Positions 56,271 through 64,000 of a DNA stretch of 64,000 bases are shown piece by piece. The number at the start of each line of letters is the position of its first letter. Within the stretch, counting starts at the first letter, position 1. The notes below the pieces were generated by a model. It saw only the letters and a program-made list of their open reading frames with translations, ran no database searches and was not told the origin of the DNA. Origin of the DNA: Candidatus Eiseniibacteriota bacterium (GTDB lineage Bacteria; Eisenbacteria; RBG-16-71-46). A program made the position numbers and the translations under genes. The stretch lies in contig CAVZLN010000006.1 of the NCBI GenBank assembly GCA_963776245.1, positions 517,215-581,214 on the forward strand, read 5' to 3'.

Positions 56271-57419
56271 TCACACCCCCTGGAAGATGTGGACCACGGA
56301 GCTCGCTCCCGATCCACCCATGTTCTGCGACAGCCCGATGCGCGCGCCCTTCACCTGTCGCGCGCCGGCCTTGCCGCTCAGTTGCTCGTAGATCTCGATC
56401 GCCTGCGCGATCCCGGTGGCGCCCACCGGGTGGCCCTTGGACTTGAGCCCGCCGCTGGTGTTCACCGGGATGCGCCCGCCGAGCGCGGTGACGCCATCCT
56501 TCGCGGCGCTGCGCGCGCCCTTGCGATCCACCAGCCCGAGCGCCTCGATGCAGCAGATCTCGGCGATCGCGAAGCAGTCGTGCACCTCGGCGACCTGGAT
56601 GTCGGCGGCCTTCAGCCCCGCCATCCGATAGGCGCGCTCGCCCGAGAGCGCCACCGCGTCGAGGAACGAGATGTCCTTGCGGTCGGCCAGGGCCAGCGTG
56701 CCGGTGGCCAGCCCGCTGCCCAGGATCTTCACCGGCCGATCGGTGTACTTCTTCGCCTGGTCGAGCGGACACAGCAGCACCGCGGCGGCGCCGTCGGTGA
56801 CCGGCGAGCAGTGCAGCAGGCGCAGCGGGTCGGACACCACCGAGGAGCACATCACCTCGTCCAGCTTCACCTCGCGTCCGAACTGCGCCTTGGGGTTGAG
56901 CGCGCCGTGGCGGTGGTTCTTGACCGACACCCACGACAGGTCCTCGGGCGTCGTGCCGTAGGCCTGCATGTGGGCGCGCGCGATCATGGCGTACAGCCCG
57001 GGGAAGGTGATGCCGTGATAGACCTCCTTCTCCTGGTCCGCCGCCGTGGCCAGCACCGCGGTGACGTCGGCGCCGTCGTTCATCTTCTCGATCCCGGCGG
57101 CCAGCACCAGGTCGCTGGCGCCGGAGGCGACCTCGAGGAACGCGGTGCGCAGCGCCACGCCTCCCGAGGCGCACGCCGACTCAACGTGCGTGGCCGCCAC
57201 GCCGGCCATGCCCAGCTCGTCCGCGCACAGCGGGCCGATGTGCTCCTGCCCCACGAACTGCCCGCCCGACATGCAGCCCACCACGATGGAATCGAGGTGG
57301 TCCGCCCGGGCGGCGCGCAGCGCTTCCAGCGCGGCCTCCGCGAACATGTCGCGCAGGCTCGATTCCCAGAGTTCTCCGAAGCGGGTCATCCCCGCCGCGA
57401 CTATCGCCACTTCACGCAT
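56271..57419 (-). CDS. Thiolase (SCP-x/archaeal acetoacetyl-CoA thiolase-like)
   Basis: Active-site Cys context ESACASGG, plus [17 protein letters not shown] and a C-terminal Cys-His region. Confidence 0.85.
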   Translation of the reverse strand: MREVAIVAAGMTRFGELWESSLRDMFAEAALEALRAARADHLDSIVVGCMSGGQFVGQEHIGPLCADELGMAGVAATHVESACASGGVALRTAFLEVASGASDLVLAAGIEKMNDGADVTAVLATAADQEKEVYHGITFPGLYAMIARAHMQAYGTTPEDLSWVSVKNHRHGALNPKAQFGREVKLDEVMCSSVVSDPLRLLHCSPVTDGAAAVLLCPLDQAKKYTDRPVKILGSGLATGTLALADRKDISFLDAVALSGERAYRMAGLKAADIQVAEVHDCFAIAEICCIEALGLVDRKGARSAAKDGVTALGGRIPVNTSGGLKSKGHPVGATGIAQAIEIYEQLSGKAGARQVKGARIGLSQNMGGSGASSVVHIFQGV

Positions 57420-57435
57420 CGGGTCGTCCTCCCGG

Positions 57436-58482
57436 CTAGTCGTTCAGGATGATCTTCTCGCGGAACTTCGCGTACTCGCCGTACGTGAGGTACCGCCGCG
57501 GACCGTCGAGCATGGAGCGCACCGTGCGTGCGAGTCCGCGCCGTTCCGGGAGCAGCTTGGTGGCGCGCAGAGCGAACGAGTCGCTGCCCGCCCCCGAGCC
57601 GAACGAGGTGATGAGGATCAGGTCGCCCGGGTCGGCCACATCGAGCACCGCCGCGAGCCCCGTGGGGGACGAACCCGAGTAGGTGTTGCCCATGGTGTTC
57701 ACGATCCAGCCGGTCGCCATCTGCTCGCGGGTGAAGCCGAGCTCCTTACCGACCGCGAGCGGGAACTTGCCGTTGGGCATGTGGAAGACGACGTGCTTGA
57801 AGTCGGCCGGCTTGCGGCCGGACTTCTGCAGCAGCGCCCGCGTCGCGCTGGAGACGTGCTTGAAGTACGCGGGCTCGCCGGTGAAGCGGCCACCGTGGCG
57901 CGGGTAGAACTGGCCCTCGCGCCGCCAGAAGTCGGGAGTGTCGGTGGTGAAACTGTAGGTCTCGAGCACCTCGACGAGCAGATCCTTCTGGCCGAAGATG
58001 TAGGCCGCGCCGCCCGCGGACGCCGAGAACTCGAGCGCGTCGTTGGGCGCGCCCTGGGAGGTGTCCGCGCCGATGCCCATCGCGTACTCGACGCGACCCG
58101 ACTCCACCAGGCCGAGGGCGACGAACATCGCCTCGGTCCCCGCCTTGCACGCGAACTCGAAGTCGGCGACGTGGACCTCGGGTGCGATCCCCAGCGCCTC
58201 GATCACGGCGGTGCCGCTCGGCTTGACCGCGTACGGATGCGATTCCGAACCGATGTAGACGGCGCCGATGCGGGCCGGGTCGATGCGTGCCCGGGCCACC
58301 GCGTCGCGGCCCGCCGCCACCGAGATGGTGATGGTGTCCTCGTCGAGGCCGGGAACCGACTTCTCCTCGAGGAGAAGTCCCTTGCGGATCGTGTCGGGGT
58401 CCTTGCCCCACTGCCGAGCGATCTCCTCGGCCTTGATGCGGTTGCGCGGGATGTACGCGCCGTAGCCGACGATGCCTGCCAT
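57436..58482 (-). CDS. Archaeal-type HMG-CoA synthase family protein
   Basis: [48 protein letters not shown]...[11 protein letters not shown]...[12 protein letters not shown] aligns closely with archaeal HMGCS. Confidence 0.85.
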   Translation of the reverse strand: MAGIVGYGAYIPRNRIKAEEIARQWGKDPDTIRKGLLLEEKSVPGLDEDTITISVAAGRDAVARARIDPARIGAVYIGSESHPYAVKPSGTAVIEALGIAPEVHVADFEFACKAGTEAMFVALGLVESGRVEYAMGIGADTSQGAPNDALEFSASAGGAAYIFGQKDLLVEVLETYSFTTDTPDFWRREGQFYPRHGGRFTGEPAYFKHVSSATRALLQKSGRKPADFKHVVFHMPNGKFPLAVGKELGFTREQMATGWIVNTMGNTYSGSSPTGLAAVLDVADPGDLILITSFGSGAGSDSFALRATKLLPERRGLARTVRSMLDGPRRYLTYGEYAKFREKIILND

Positions 58483-58709
58483 GTGCGCTCCTCGGGGTGA
58501 CGGGCGCCGCGCGGCCCGCCCGGTGGCCGGGCGGGGCGGCGCAACGCTGCTCCAGCGGTGAACCTGGGTGGTAATCGGATCCGGAACGCGGAGGGACGGA
58601 ACGCGGCAACCGGTCAGCGCTCCCCGCGGCCTCGGGTCGGTTTCGGAGCCTAGCAGATTCCGCGCGGGCCGACCGCAATCGCCGCGCGCCCTCGGCGCGC
58701 AGTCCCCTC

Positions 58710-59867
58710 CTACGGGCTCACCGTGAACGGCACCGACGCTTGCGTGGTGTCCCAGTCGAGGTTCAGCACCCCGCCCTTCGGGCCCGGCACGATGCCGATC
58801 GTGAACCGCTCGACCGGCCCGGGCAGCCGGCTGACCTCCATATCGATGGTGTAGAGGTCCTTCGCCGCCTTGTGCTCGGTGCCCCACTGCCCGGTCTCGC
58901 CGTTGATGATCAGCTTCCAGCCGCTGGGCGAGGGAAGGGTCCACAGGGTGTAGAAGCCCGCCGGCACCACGGTGCCCTTCATCTCGAGCGCGCGATCGGT
59001 CCTGAACTGGGTGGCCGCGTTCGCGCCGGTGCGCCACACCTCACCCCACGGCACGACGTCGCCGAAGATGGTGCGACCGCGCCGCGCCGGCCGCCCGTAG
59101 TCGATCCACAGCGAGGCCCCGCCGGCGTCCGCCACCCGGACCGTGTCGCGCGGCGAGAGCGCGCCCATCGCACCGGACTCGTGCTCGCGCGCCACGAACC
59201 CGGCCGCCAGCGCGTCGAGGTCGAGGTTCGGCACGCGCTCGGCACCGAACTTTCCGGTGCCCGAGATCGGCCGCACTCCCAGGAGGTGCCCCTCACGATC
59301 CACTCGCGCGTGGAAGACGTCCGCGTGGTCGGTCTGGATCACCACCGAGTCCCGACCCAGCCGGCTCACCCGGAGCCAGCCGGTGGCCGGCGCGCCGAGG
59401 AAGTACATCGGGGCGCGCAGGGTGTCGGCCTTCAGCTTCGCGAGCCGCATGGTCTGGCGCTCGTACATCACCCACGGGCTCGAGCTGGCCACGATCACGA
59501 TGCCCGGCTGCAGGCCGATCCGCACGTCGCGGGTGGCTCCACCGCCCACCACCTGCATGCGCATCGAGTCGGCGTCGAAGCGGGCCTCGATGGTCTGCGT
59601 GGGCGTCGTCGACCCGGGAGGGGTGACGACCATCGACAGGTGCGAGAGCGCATCGCGCTCGAACTCGTACACGAAGTGACGCCGCAGAGTCCGCGGCGCG
59701 CGACCGACCTGGTCCACCTCCACGCGAGCGACGGTGCGCGTGAAGCGTTCGGCGCTCGTGGTGTCCACGCCGAGCCGGACGACGAAGCCGCCCGACTCCT
59801 GCGCGGCGAGCGGACCGGCGAGGGCGAGCATGAGCGGGAGGGCGAGAAGGGTGCGGACGTGCGTCAT
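58710..59867 (-). CDS. Secreted DUF2911-domain protein
   Basis: Signal peptide [23 protein letters not shown] and a C-terminal DUF2911-like block ([32 protein letters not shown]...FYTLWTLP). Confidence 0.65.
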   Translation of the reverse strand: MTHVRTLLALPLMLALAGPLAAQESGGFVVRLGVDTTSAERFTRTVARVEVDQVGRAPRTLRRHFVYEFERDALSHLSMVVTPPGSTTPTQTIEARFDADSMRMQVVGGGATRDVRIGLQPGIVIVASSSPWVMYERQTMRLAKLKADTLRAPMYFLGAPATGWLRVSRLGRDSVVIQTDHADVFHARVDREGHLLGVRPISGTGKFGAERVPNLDLDALAAGFVAREHESGAMGALSPRDTVRVADAGGASLWIDYGRPARRGRTIFGDVVPWGEVWRTGANAATQFRTDRALEMKGTVVPAGFYTLWTLPSPSGWKLIINGETGQWGTEHKAAKDLYTIDMEVSRLPGPVERFTIGIVPGPKGGVLNLDWDTTQASVPFTVSP

Positions 59868-60051
59868 ACGGGGCTCCTGTGGGAGGGAACGTGGGGCTCG
59901 GCCGGGACGGGTCGCGCGGTCACGCCGAAGACTGCGGCAAGTCCCGGCCGCACCGGTGGTCCGATGCACCAGCGCGGTCAGGGAGGCGACCGCCGCGGTT
60001 CCGGCGCGAGGCGACCGAATCCGGGCTTCCCGCGCGGGTGCGCGCTGCGGC

Positions 60052-61131
60052 ATGCTGCCCGGCATGCTGCTCTCCGAGACCCTCCCGCCCGGCGGCGCGC
60101 CGCGGCCCGGCGATCCACGCGCCGGATCCTCCCGGCGGCGCGCGGGACTGTGGGCCGCGCTCGCCCTCGTCTTCCTGTGGGTCGCGGCGGCCGTGGTGTA
60201 CCCGCCCATCACCAAGTACGACCTCTACGATCCCGGGCTCGGCGGCCGCCTGGGAGACGTCGGGCAGTACGTCCGCATGTATCAGGGGGTGTCCCTGCGG
60301 GAGGTGCCGAAGCCGTTCCGCTACCGCGTGTTCACGCCCTGGGCCGCGCGTCTCGTTCCGCCGGTGCCCCAGCCGCTGCTGCGCTACTTCGATGTCAGCC
60401 CCGAGAAGCTCGTGAAGTACCGATTCGGAATCGTGAACCTGCTCGGGCTGGCGCTCACCGGCCTGCTGCTGGTGGCGTTCTGCGAGGGGCTCGGGTTCGC
60501 CCTCCGGGACGGGCTGGTCGCCGCGCTGTTGTTCTTCACCTCGTTCCCGGTGATCAACTTCGGCGGGACACCGATGGTGGACGCGTGGGCGTACGCGTTC
60601 CTGATGATGGGGCTGGTGGCCGCGCTGAACGAGCGCCGCGCCTGGCTGTGCGTGGCCTGCCTGGTCGGCGTGATGGCGAAGGAGACCACGCTGCTGCTCG
60701 TGCCGGCGGCGCTGCTGCTGCCCGGCGCGCCGCGCCTCAAGGCCGGCCGGCTGCTCGCGCTGCTGCCCGGCGCGATCGCCTACGCCGTGTTCCGCTTCGC
60801 GCTCTTCCCGACGCGCACCGGGTGGTCCTACGATCCGGCCACGCTGGCGACCAACCTCGCCGACTCCGTGACCCCCGGTCCCTATCACTGGTGGAACCTG
60901 TTCGACGGCGGCACCGCGTTCGGCCTGCTCTGGCCGCTGGCGCTCCTCGGGGCGTGGGAGCTGCGCCGCCGGCCGCACGAGCCGCTCGCGCGGCTGGCGT
61001 GGCTCGTGCCCGGGCTCCTCGCGCTCCCGTTCCTGATCGGCTCGAACATCGGGCGCATCTGGTTCTACGCGTTCCCGGTCGTGCTCCCGCTCGCGGTGTC
61101 CGGGCTGCGCCGCATGCGCGTCCTGGGCTGA
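60052..61131 (+). CDS. Polytopic membrane protein (DUF2029/GT87-like?)
   Basis: About 9 TMs, divergent from the DUF2911 gene. The N-terminal 106 residues of ORF 59734 are Arg-rich shadow. Confidence 0.45.
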   Translation: MLPGMLLSETLPPGGAPRPGDPRAGSSRRRAGLWAALALVFLWVAAAVVYPPITKYDLYDPGLGGRLGDVGQYVRMYQGVSLREVPKPFRYRVFTPWAARLVPPVPQPLLRYFDVSPEKLVKYRFGIVNLLGLALTGLLLVAFCEGLGFALRDGLVAALLFFTSFPVINFGGTPMVDAWAYAFLMMGLVAALNERRAWLCVACLVGVMAKETTLLLVPAALLLPGAPRLKAGRLLALLPGAIAYAVFRFALFPTRTGWSYDPATLATNLADSVTPGPYHWWNLFDGGTAFGLLWPLALLGAWELRRRPHEPLARLAWLVPGLLALPFLIGSNIGRIWFYAFPVVLPLAVSGLRRMRVLG

Positions 61132-61368
61132 CGCGCGACGCCATCCGCGGCGGCGCCGAAGCGGGATCCGACCTTGTGCGCGGCCGGGATCCCGCGCGAT
61201 CATGCGACGCCCGAGCGCCGCCGATCAGCCATTGATTTGGCGGACCTCAACTCCGAGAATGGGCGACCGTCAGGGACGTGCGCGTCGCCGGCGGAAGGCC
61301 CGGAGGTTCGGTGGCGACGGCCCGGTCGGGCCGGCGCATGAACGACGCAGGTGAGCGAGGGACCGAGG

Positions 61369-62415
61369 ATGACGGTGGCGGTCAGGGCGGCGACGGATCT
61401 GGGGCTCAGGCGCACCCAGAACGAGGACAACCACGGCAGCTGGGTCCCGTCCGAGCCCGCCGAGCGGGCGCGGCGCGGCGTCCTGATCGTGGTCGCGGAC
61501 GGCATGGGCGGCTCGAACGCGGGCGAGGTCGCCAGCCAGCTCGCGGTCCAGACCGTGATCCGCTCCTACCGCGAGGCGCCCGGCGACAGCCCGCTCGACG
61601 ACCTGTATCGCGCGGTCGAGGCGGCGAATGAGGTGGTGCACCGCGAGAGCGTCGCGCATCCCGAGCACTCGGGGATGGGCACCACGTGCACCGCGGTCGT
61701 CCTGCGCGACCGCGACGCGTACTTCGCGCACGTCGGGGACAGCCGCGCCTACTTCGTGCACGACGGCCGCATCCGCCAGCTCACGCACGATCACTCGTTC
61801 GTGGCCCAGCTGGTCCGCGACGGACTGCTGACCCCGGATCAGGCGCGGGTGGACCCGCGGCGCAACGTGCTGACCCGGAGCGTGGGCGTGGTGTCCGCGG
61901 TCGAGATCGACGCCGAGCACCAGCCCGGGCTGCTCGTCGAGGGCGCCACGCTCCTGCTCTGCACCGATGGGCTCCACGGGCTGCTGGACGACGCGGAACT
62001 GCAGGCCGCGGCCTCCTCCGCCGATCTCGAGCAGGGCTGCCGCGAGGCGGTCGCGCTGGCGAACCAGCGAGGCGGTCCCGATAACATCACGCTGGTCCTG
62101 GCGCGCGTGTCCTCGCGACCGGAAGTCGAGGAGCCCCCGACCGGCGGCGAGCCCGCTGCGTGGGAGGCGAACGGCCGCGGCGTGGTCGCGGGGCCCGGGC
62201 CCGCCGACGAGCCGCCGCCGCCGCGGCGCGCCACCCGCGCCGGGCGCAAGCCGAACCGCACCCATATGATAATGTGGCTGGTCGTCGCGCTCGCCGTCTG
62301 GCTGATCGCGGTCGCGGCGATGGCGCTGGTACTCCACCGCGTGGGCAGGCAATCGAAGGACCTCGGCTCGCGCGAGCCACCCCAGACCGGACGGGCGAAC
62401 CTGGCATGGCGATGA
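61369..62415 (+). CDS. PP2C-family Ser/Thr phosphatase with C-terminal TM anchor
   Basis: RTQNEDN, VADGMGG, DGLHG and PDNITLVL motifs, with a C-terminal hydrophobic helix. An alternative start lies at 61351. Confidence 0.85.
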   Translation: MTVAVRAATDLGLRRTQNEDNHGSWVPSEPAERARRGVLIVVADGMGGSNAGEVASQLAVQTVIRSYREAPGDSPLDDLYRAVEAANEVVHRESVAHPEHSGMGTTCTAVVLRDRDAYFAHVGDSRAYFVHDGRIRQLTHDHSFVAQLVRDGLLTPDQARVDPRRNVLTRSVGVVSAVEIDAEHQPGLLVEGATLLLCTDGLHGLLDDAELQAAASSADLEQGCREAVALANQRGGPDNITLVLARVSSRPEVEEPPTGGEPAAWEANGRGVVAGPGPADEPPPPRRATRAGRKPNRTHMIMWLVVALAVWLIAVAAMALVLHRVGRQSKDLGSREPPQTGRANLAWR

Positions 62416-64000
62416 ACAAGGAATTCGGCGCTTACGAGATCCTCGAGAAGATCGGGAGCGGCGGCATGGCCTCGGTCTACCTCGGGGTCCAGAAGTCGCT
62501 CGACCGCAAGGTCGTGCTCAAGGTGCTCTACCCGCACCTCGCCGAGGACGAGAACCTGGTCAAGCGCTTCGAGCGCGAGGCGCGCGCCGCGGCGATGCTG
62601 CGCCACGAGAACATCGTGCAGGTCATCGACTGCGGCCGCTACGAGGACGTCTCCTACATCGCCATGGAGTTCGTCGAGGGCCTCGACCTCAAGAAGTGGG
62701 TCGAGCAGTTCGGCAACCCGCCGATCGAGCTCGCCCTGCTGCTGCTCCGCGATCTCTGCGGCGGCCTCGAGCACGCGCACCAGAACCGCATCGTGCACCG
62801 CGACATCAAGCCCGCCAACATCATGTTCACGCCCGACGGCATCCTCAAGATCATGGACTTCGGGCTGGCGCGCCGCGGCGAGGACTCGACCGCGGTCACG
62901 CTGGTGGGCAGCGTCCTCGGCACGCCCGCCTACATGTCGCCCGAGCAGGCCACCGGCGAGGTCGTGGACGAGCGCAGCGACATCTTCTCCGCCGGCGTGG
63001 TGGGCTACGAGCTGCTCGGGCGGCCAGCGGCCGTTCCAGGGCGATTCCTACTCGACGGTGCTGCGCGCCGTGCTCACCGTCGAGCCGCCGCCGCTCGGGA
63101 GTTTCAACCCGTTGGTGCCCGACGAGGTGGTCGCGATCATCCACCGCATGCTCCAGAAGGACGTCTCGAAGCGCTATCCGCGCATCGCGCAGGCGCGCGC
63201 CGAGCTCGATGCGGTGCTCGACCAGATGGGCCTCCACCGCAGCCGCGACCTGATGCGGGAGTGCGCCCAGGACCCGGTCGCGATGAGCGAGCAGCTGAAG
63301 AAGAAGCGGCTCGCGCGTCACCGCGACCAGGGGCTCTATTACGAGAACATGGGGCTCGGGAAGATCGACGACGCCCTGCTCGAGTTCCGGCGCGTGCTCC
63401 ACCTCGACCCGCAGGACCGGGTCGCGCGGGAACACGTGCAGAAGCTCGAGCGCGATCGCGAGCGGATGCGTGCCGAGAGCGCCTCGGCGCGCCTGGCGCC
63501 AGCGGCGCCCGACCCCGAGACCACCAGCGTGCTCACGCCGGAGGCGCTGGCCGCGATGACGGCCGCGGCGCCGGCGCCGAAGCCGGCCGCCGCCGCCAAG
63601 GTCCCGCCGCCGGCGGCCCCTGCGAAGCCCGCCGCACCCGCTCGGCGGGAGCCGCGCGCGGCCGCGAGTGCGTCATCGGGCGCCCGCAATCTGCTCGTCG
63701 CCGGGGTCGGAGCGCTCGTCGTGGTGGCCGCGATCGTGGTCGGGATGCTCACGCTCGGTGGCCGCAAGCAGGGCGGGGCGGCGGACCAGCCGCCACGGGA
63801 CGAGTCCTCGGCCCCGCCGGCCGCCGAGGCCCCCGCCCCCACGCCCGCACCGGTCTCCACCCCGGTCGTGAGCGTCGGCGCCATCGCCATCACCTCCGAC
63901 CCCGCGGGACCCCGGCTGTTCCTCGACGGTCAGCCGCAGACGAGCCACCCCGGCGGCAAGCTCGAAGGGATCGCGGCGGGCCCTCACACCGTGCGCGTGG
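62413..64000 (+). CDS. Ser/Thr protein kinase with TPR-like region, TM helix and extracellular PEGA domain; frameshift near 63015; 3' end outside window
   Basis: Hand-translated: YEILEKIGSGGMASVYLG, VVLKVL, HRDIKPANIMF, DFGLAR, GTPAYMSPEQ. The frame then breaks in CTCGGGCGGCCAGCGG and resumes as RPFQGDSYSTVLRAVLTVEPPP... The TM is LLVAGVGALVVVAAIVVGML, followed by a PEGA-like VGAIAITSDPAGPRLFLDGQ. It is absent from the ORF track because there is no in-window stop. Confidence 0.75.

Noticed and set aside
1-64000. CRISPR arrays, tRNA/rRNA genes, insertion sequences, integrases, phage genes
   Set aside because: No regularly spaced repeat-spacer structure, no tRNA-like T-loop/acceptor patterns in intergenic gaps, and no transposase/integrase-like ORFs were seen. 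The window appears to be ordinary chromosome.

Overview
High-GC (about 70%) bacterial chromosomal window with very high GC3. It is gene-dense and operonic, with many 4-nt (GTGA/ATGA) start-stop overlaps. The ORF track contains many long Arg/Ala/Pro-rich shadow ORFs, which I disregarded. My line-based coordinates disagree with the ORF track by 1 nt in at least one place (around 9609–9816), so hand-located start codons, repeats and hairpins are approximate to about ±1 nt. The combination of features below suggests a Gemmatimonadota-like or related lineage; this is inference only.

Main content:
- Efflux and transport: a heterodimeric ABC exporter pair, a MacA/FtsX-type pair, an RND adaptor plus AcrB-like permease pair, an AEC transporter, and an MntR–MntH operon in which MntH carries a C-terminal UspA domain.
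- Envelope and secretion: a T9SS-type surface module (a PorV-like outer-membrane β-barrel with a LysM tail, plus two FN3 proteins, one with a T9SS C-terminal sorting domain), and a multicopper oxidase with the same sorting domain.
- Motility: a complete type IVa pilus locus, pilT-pilB-pilC-pilA-minor pilins-pilX-like-pilM-pilN-pilO-pilP-pilQ with pilD nearby. It contains a low-GC3 pilin cassette and a low-GC, frame-fragmented segment.
- Metabolism: a rearranged 2-oxoacid dehydrogenase cluster (E1β, an ABM-like ORF, E2, a prolyl oligopeptidase, then a triple-frameshifted E1α); an archaeal-type HMG-CoA synthase / thiolase / DUF35 trio suggesting a mevalonate-pathway entry module; and crcB plus DUF190.
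- Signalling: two eukaryotic-type Ser/Thr kinases (one with a TolB-like β-propeller, one with a PEGA domain) and a PP2C phosphatase.
- Non-coding: a 600-bp non-coding leader upstream of pilT with a near-consensus σ70 promoter, a 36-bp tandem repeat upstream of macA, and terminator-like hairpins.

I saw no rRNA, tRNA, CRISPR or mobile elements. Several conserved genes carry single-base or (GC)n-tract frameshifts: the ABC exporter N-terminus, E1α (three), fabH, and the second kinase. These are either sequencing indels or genuine gene decay; I cannot tell which from sequence alone.
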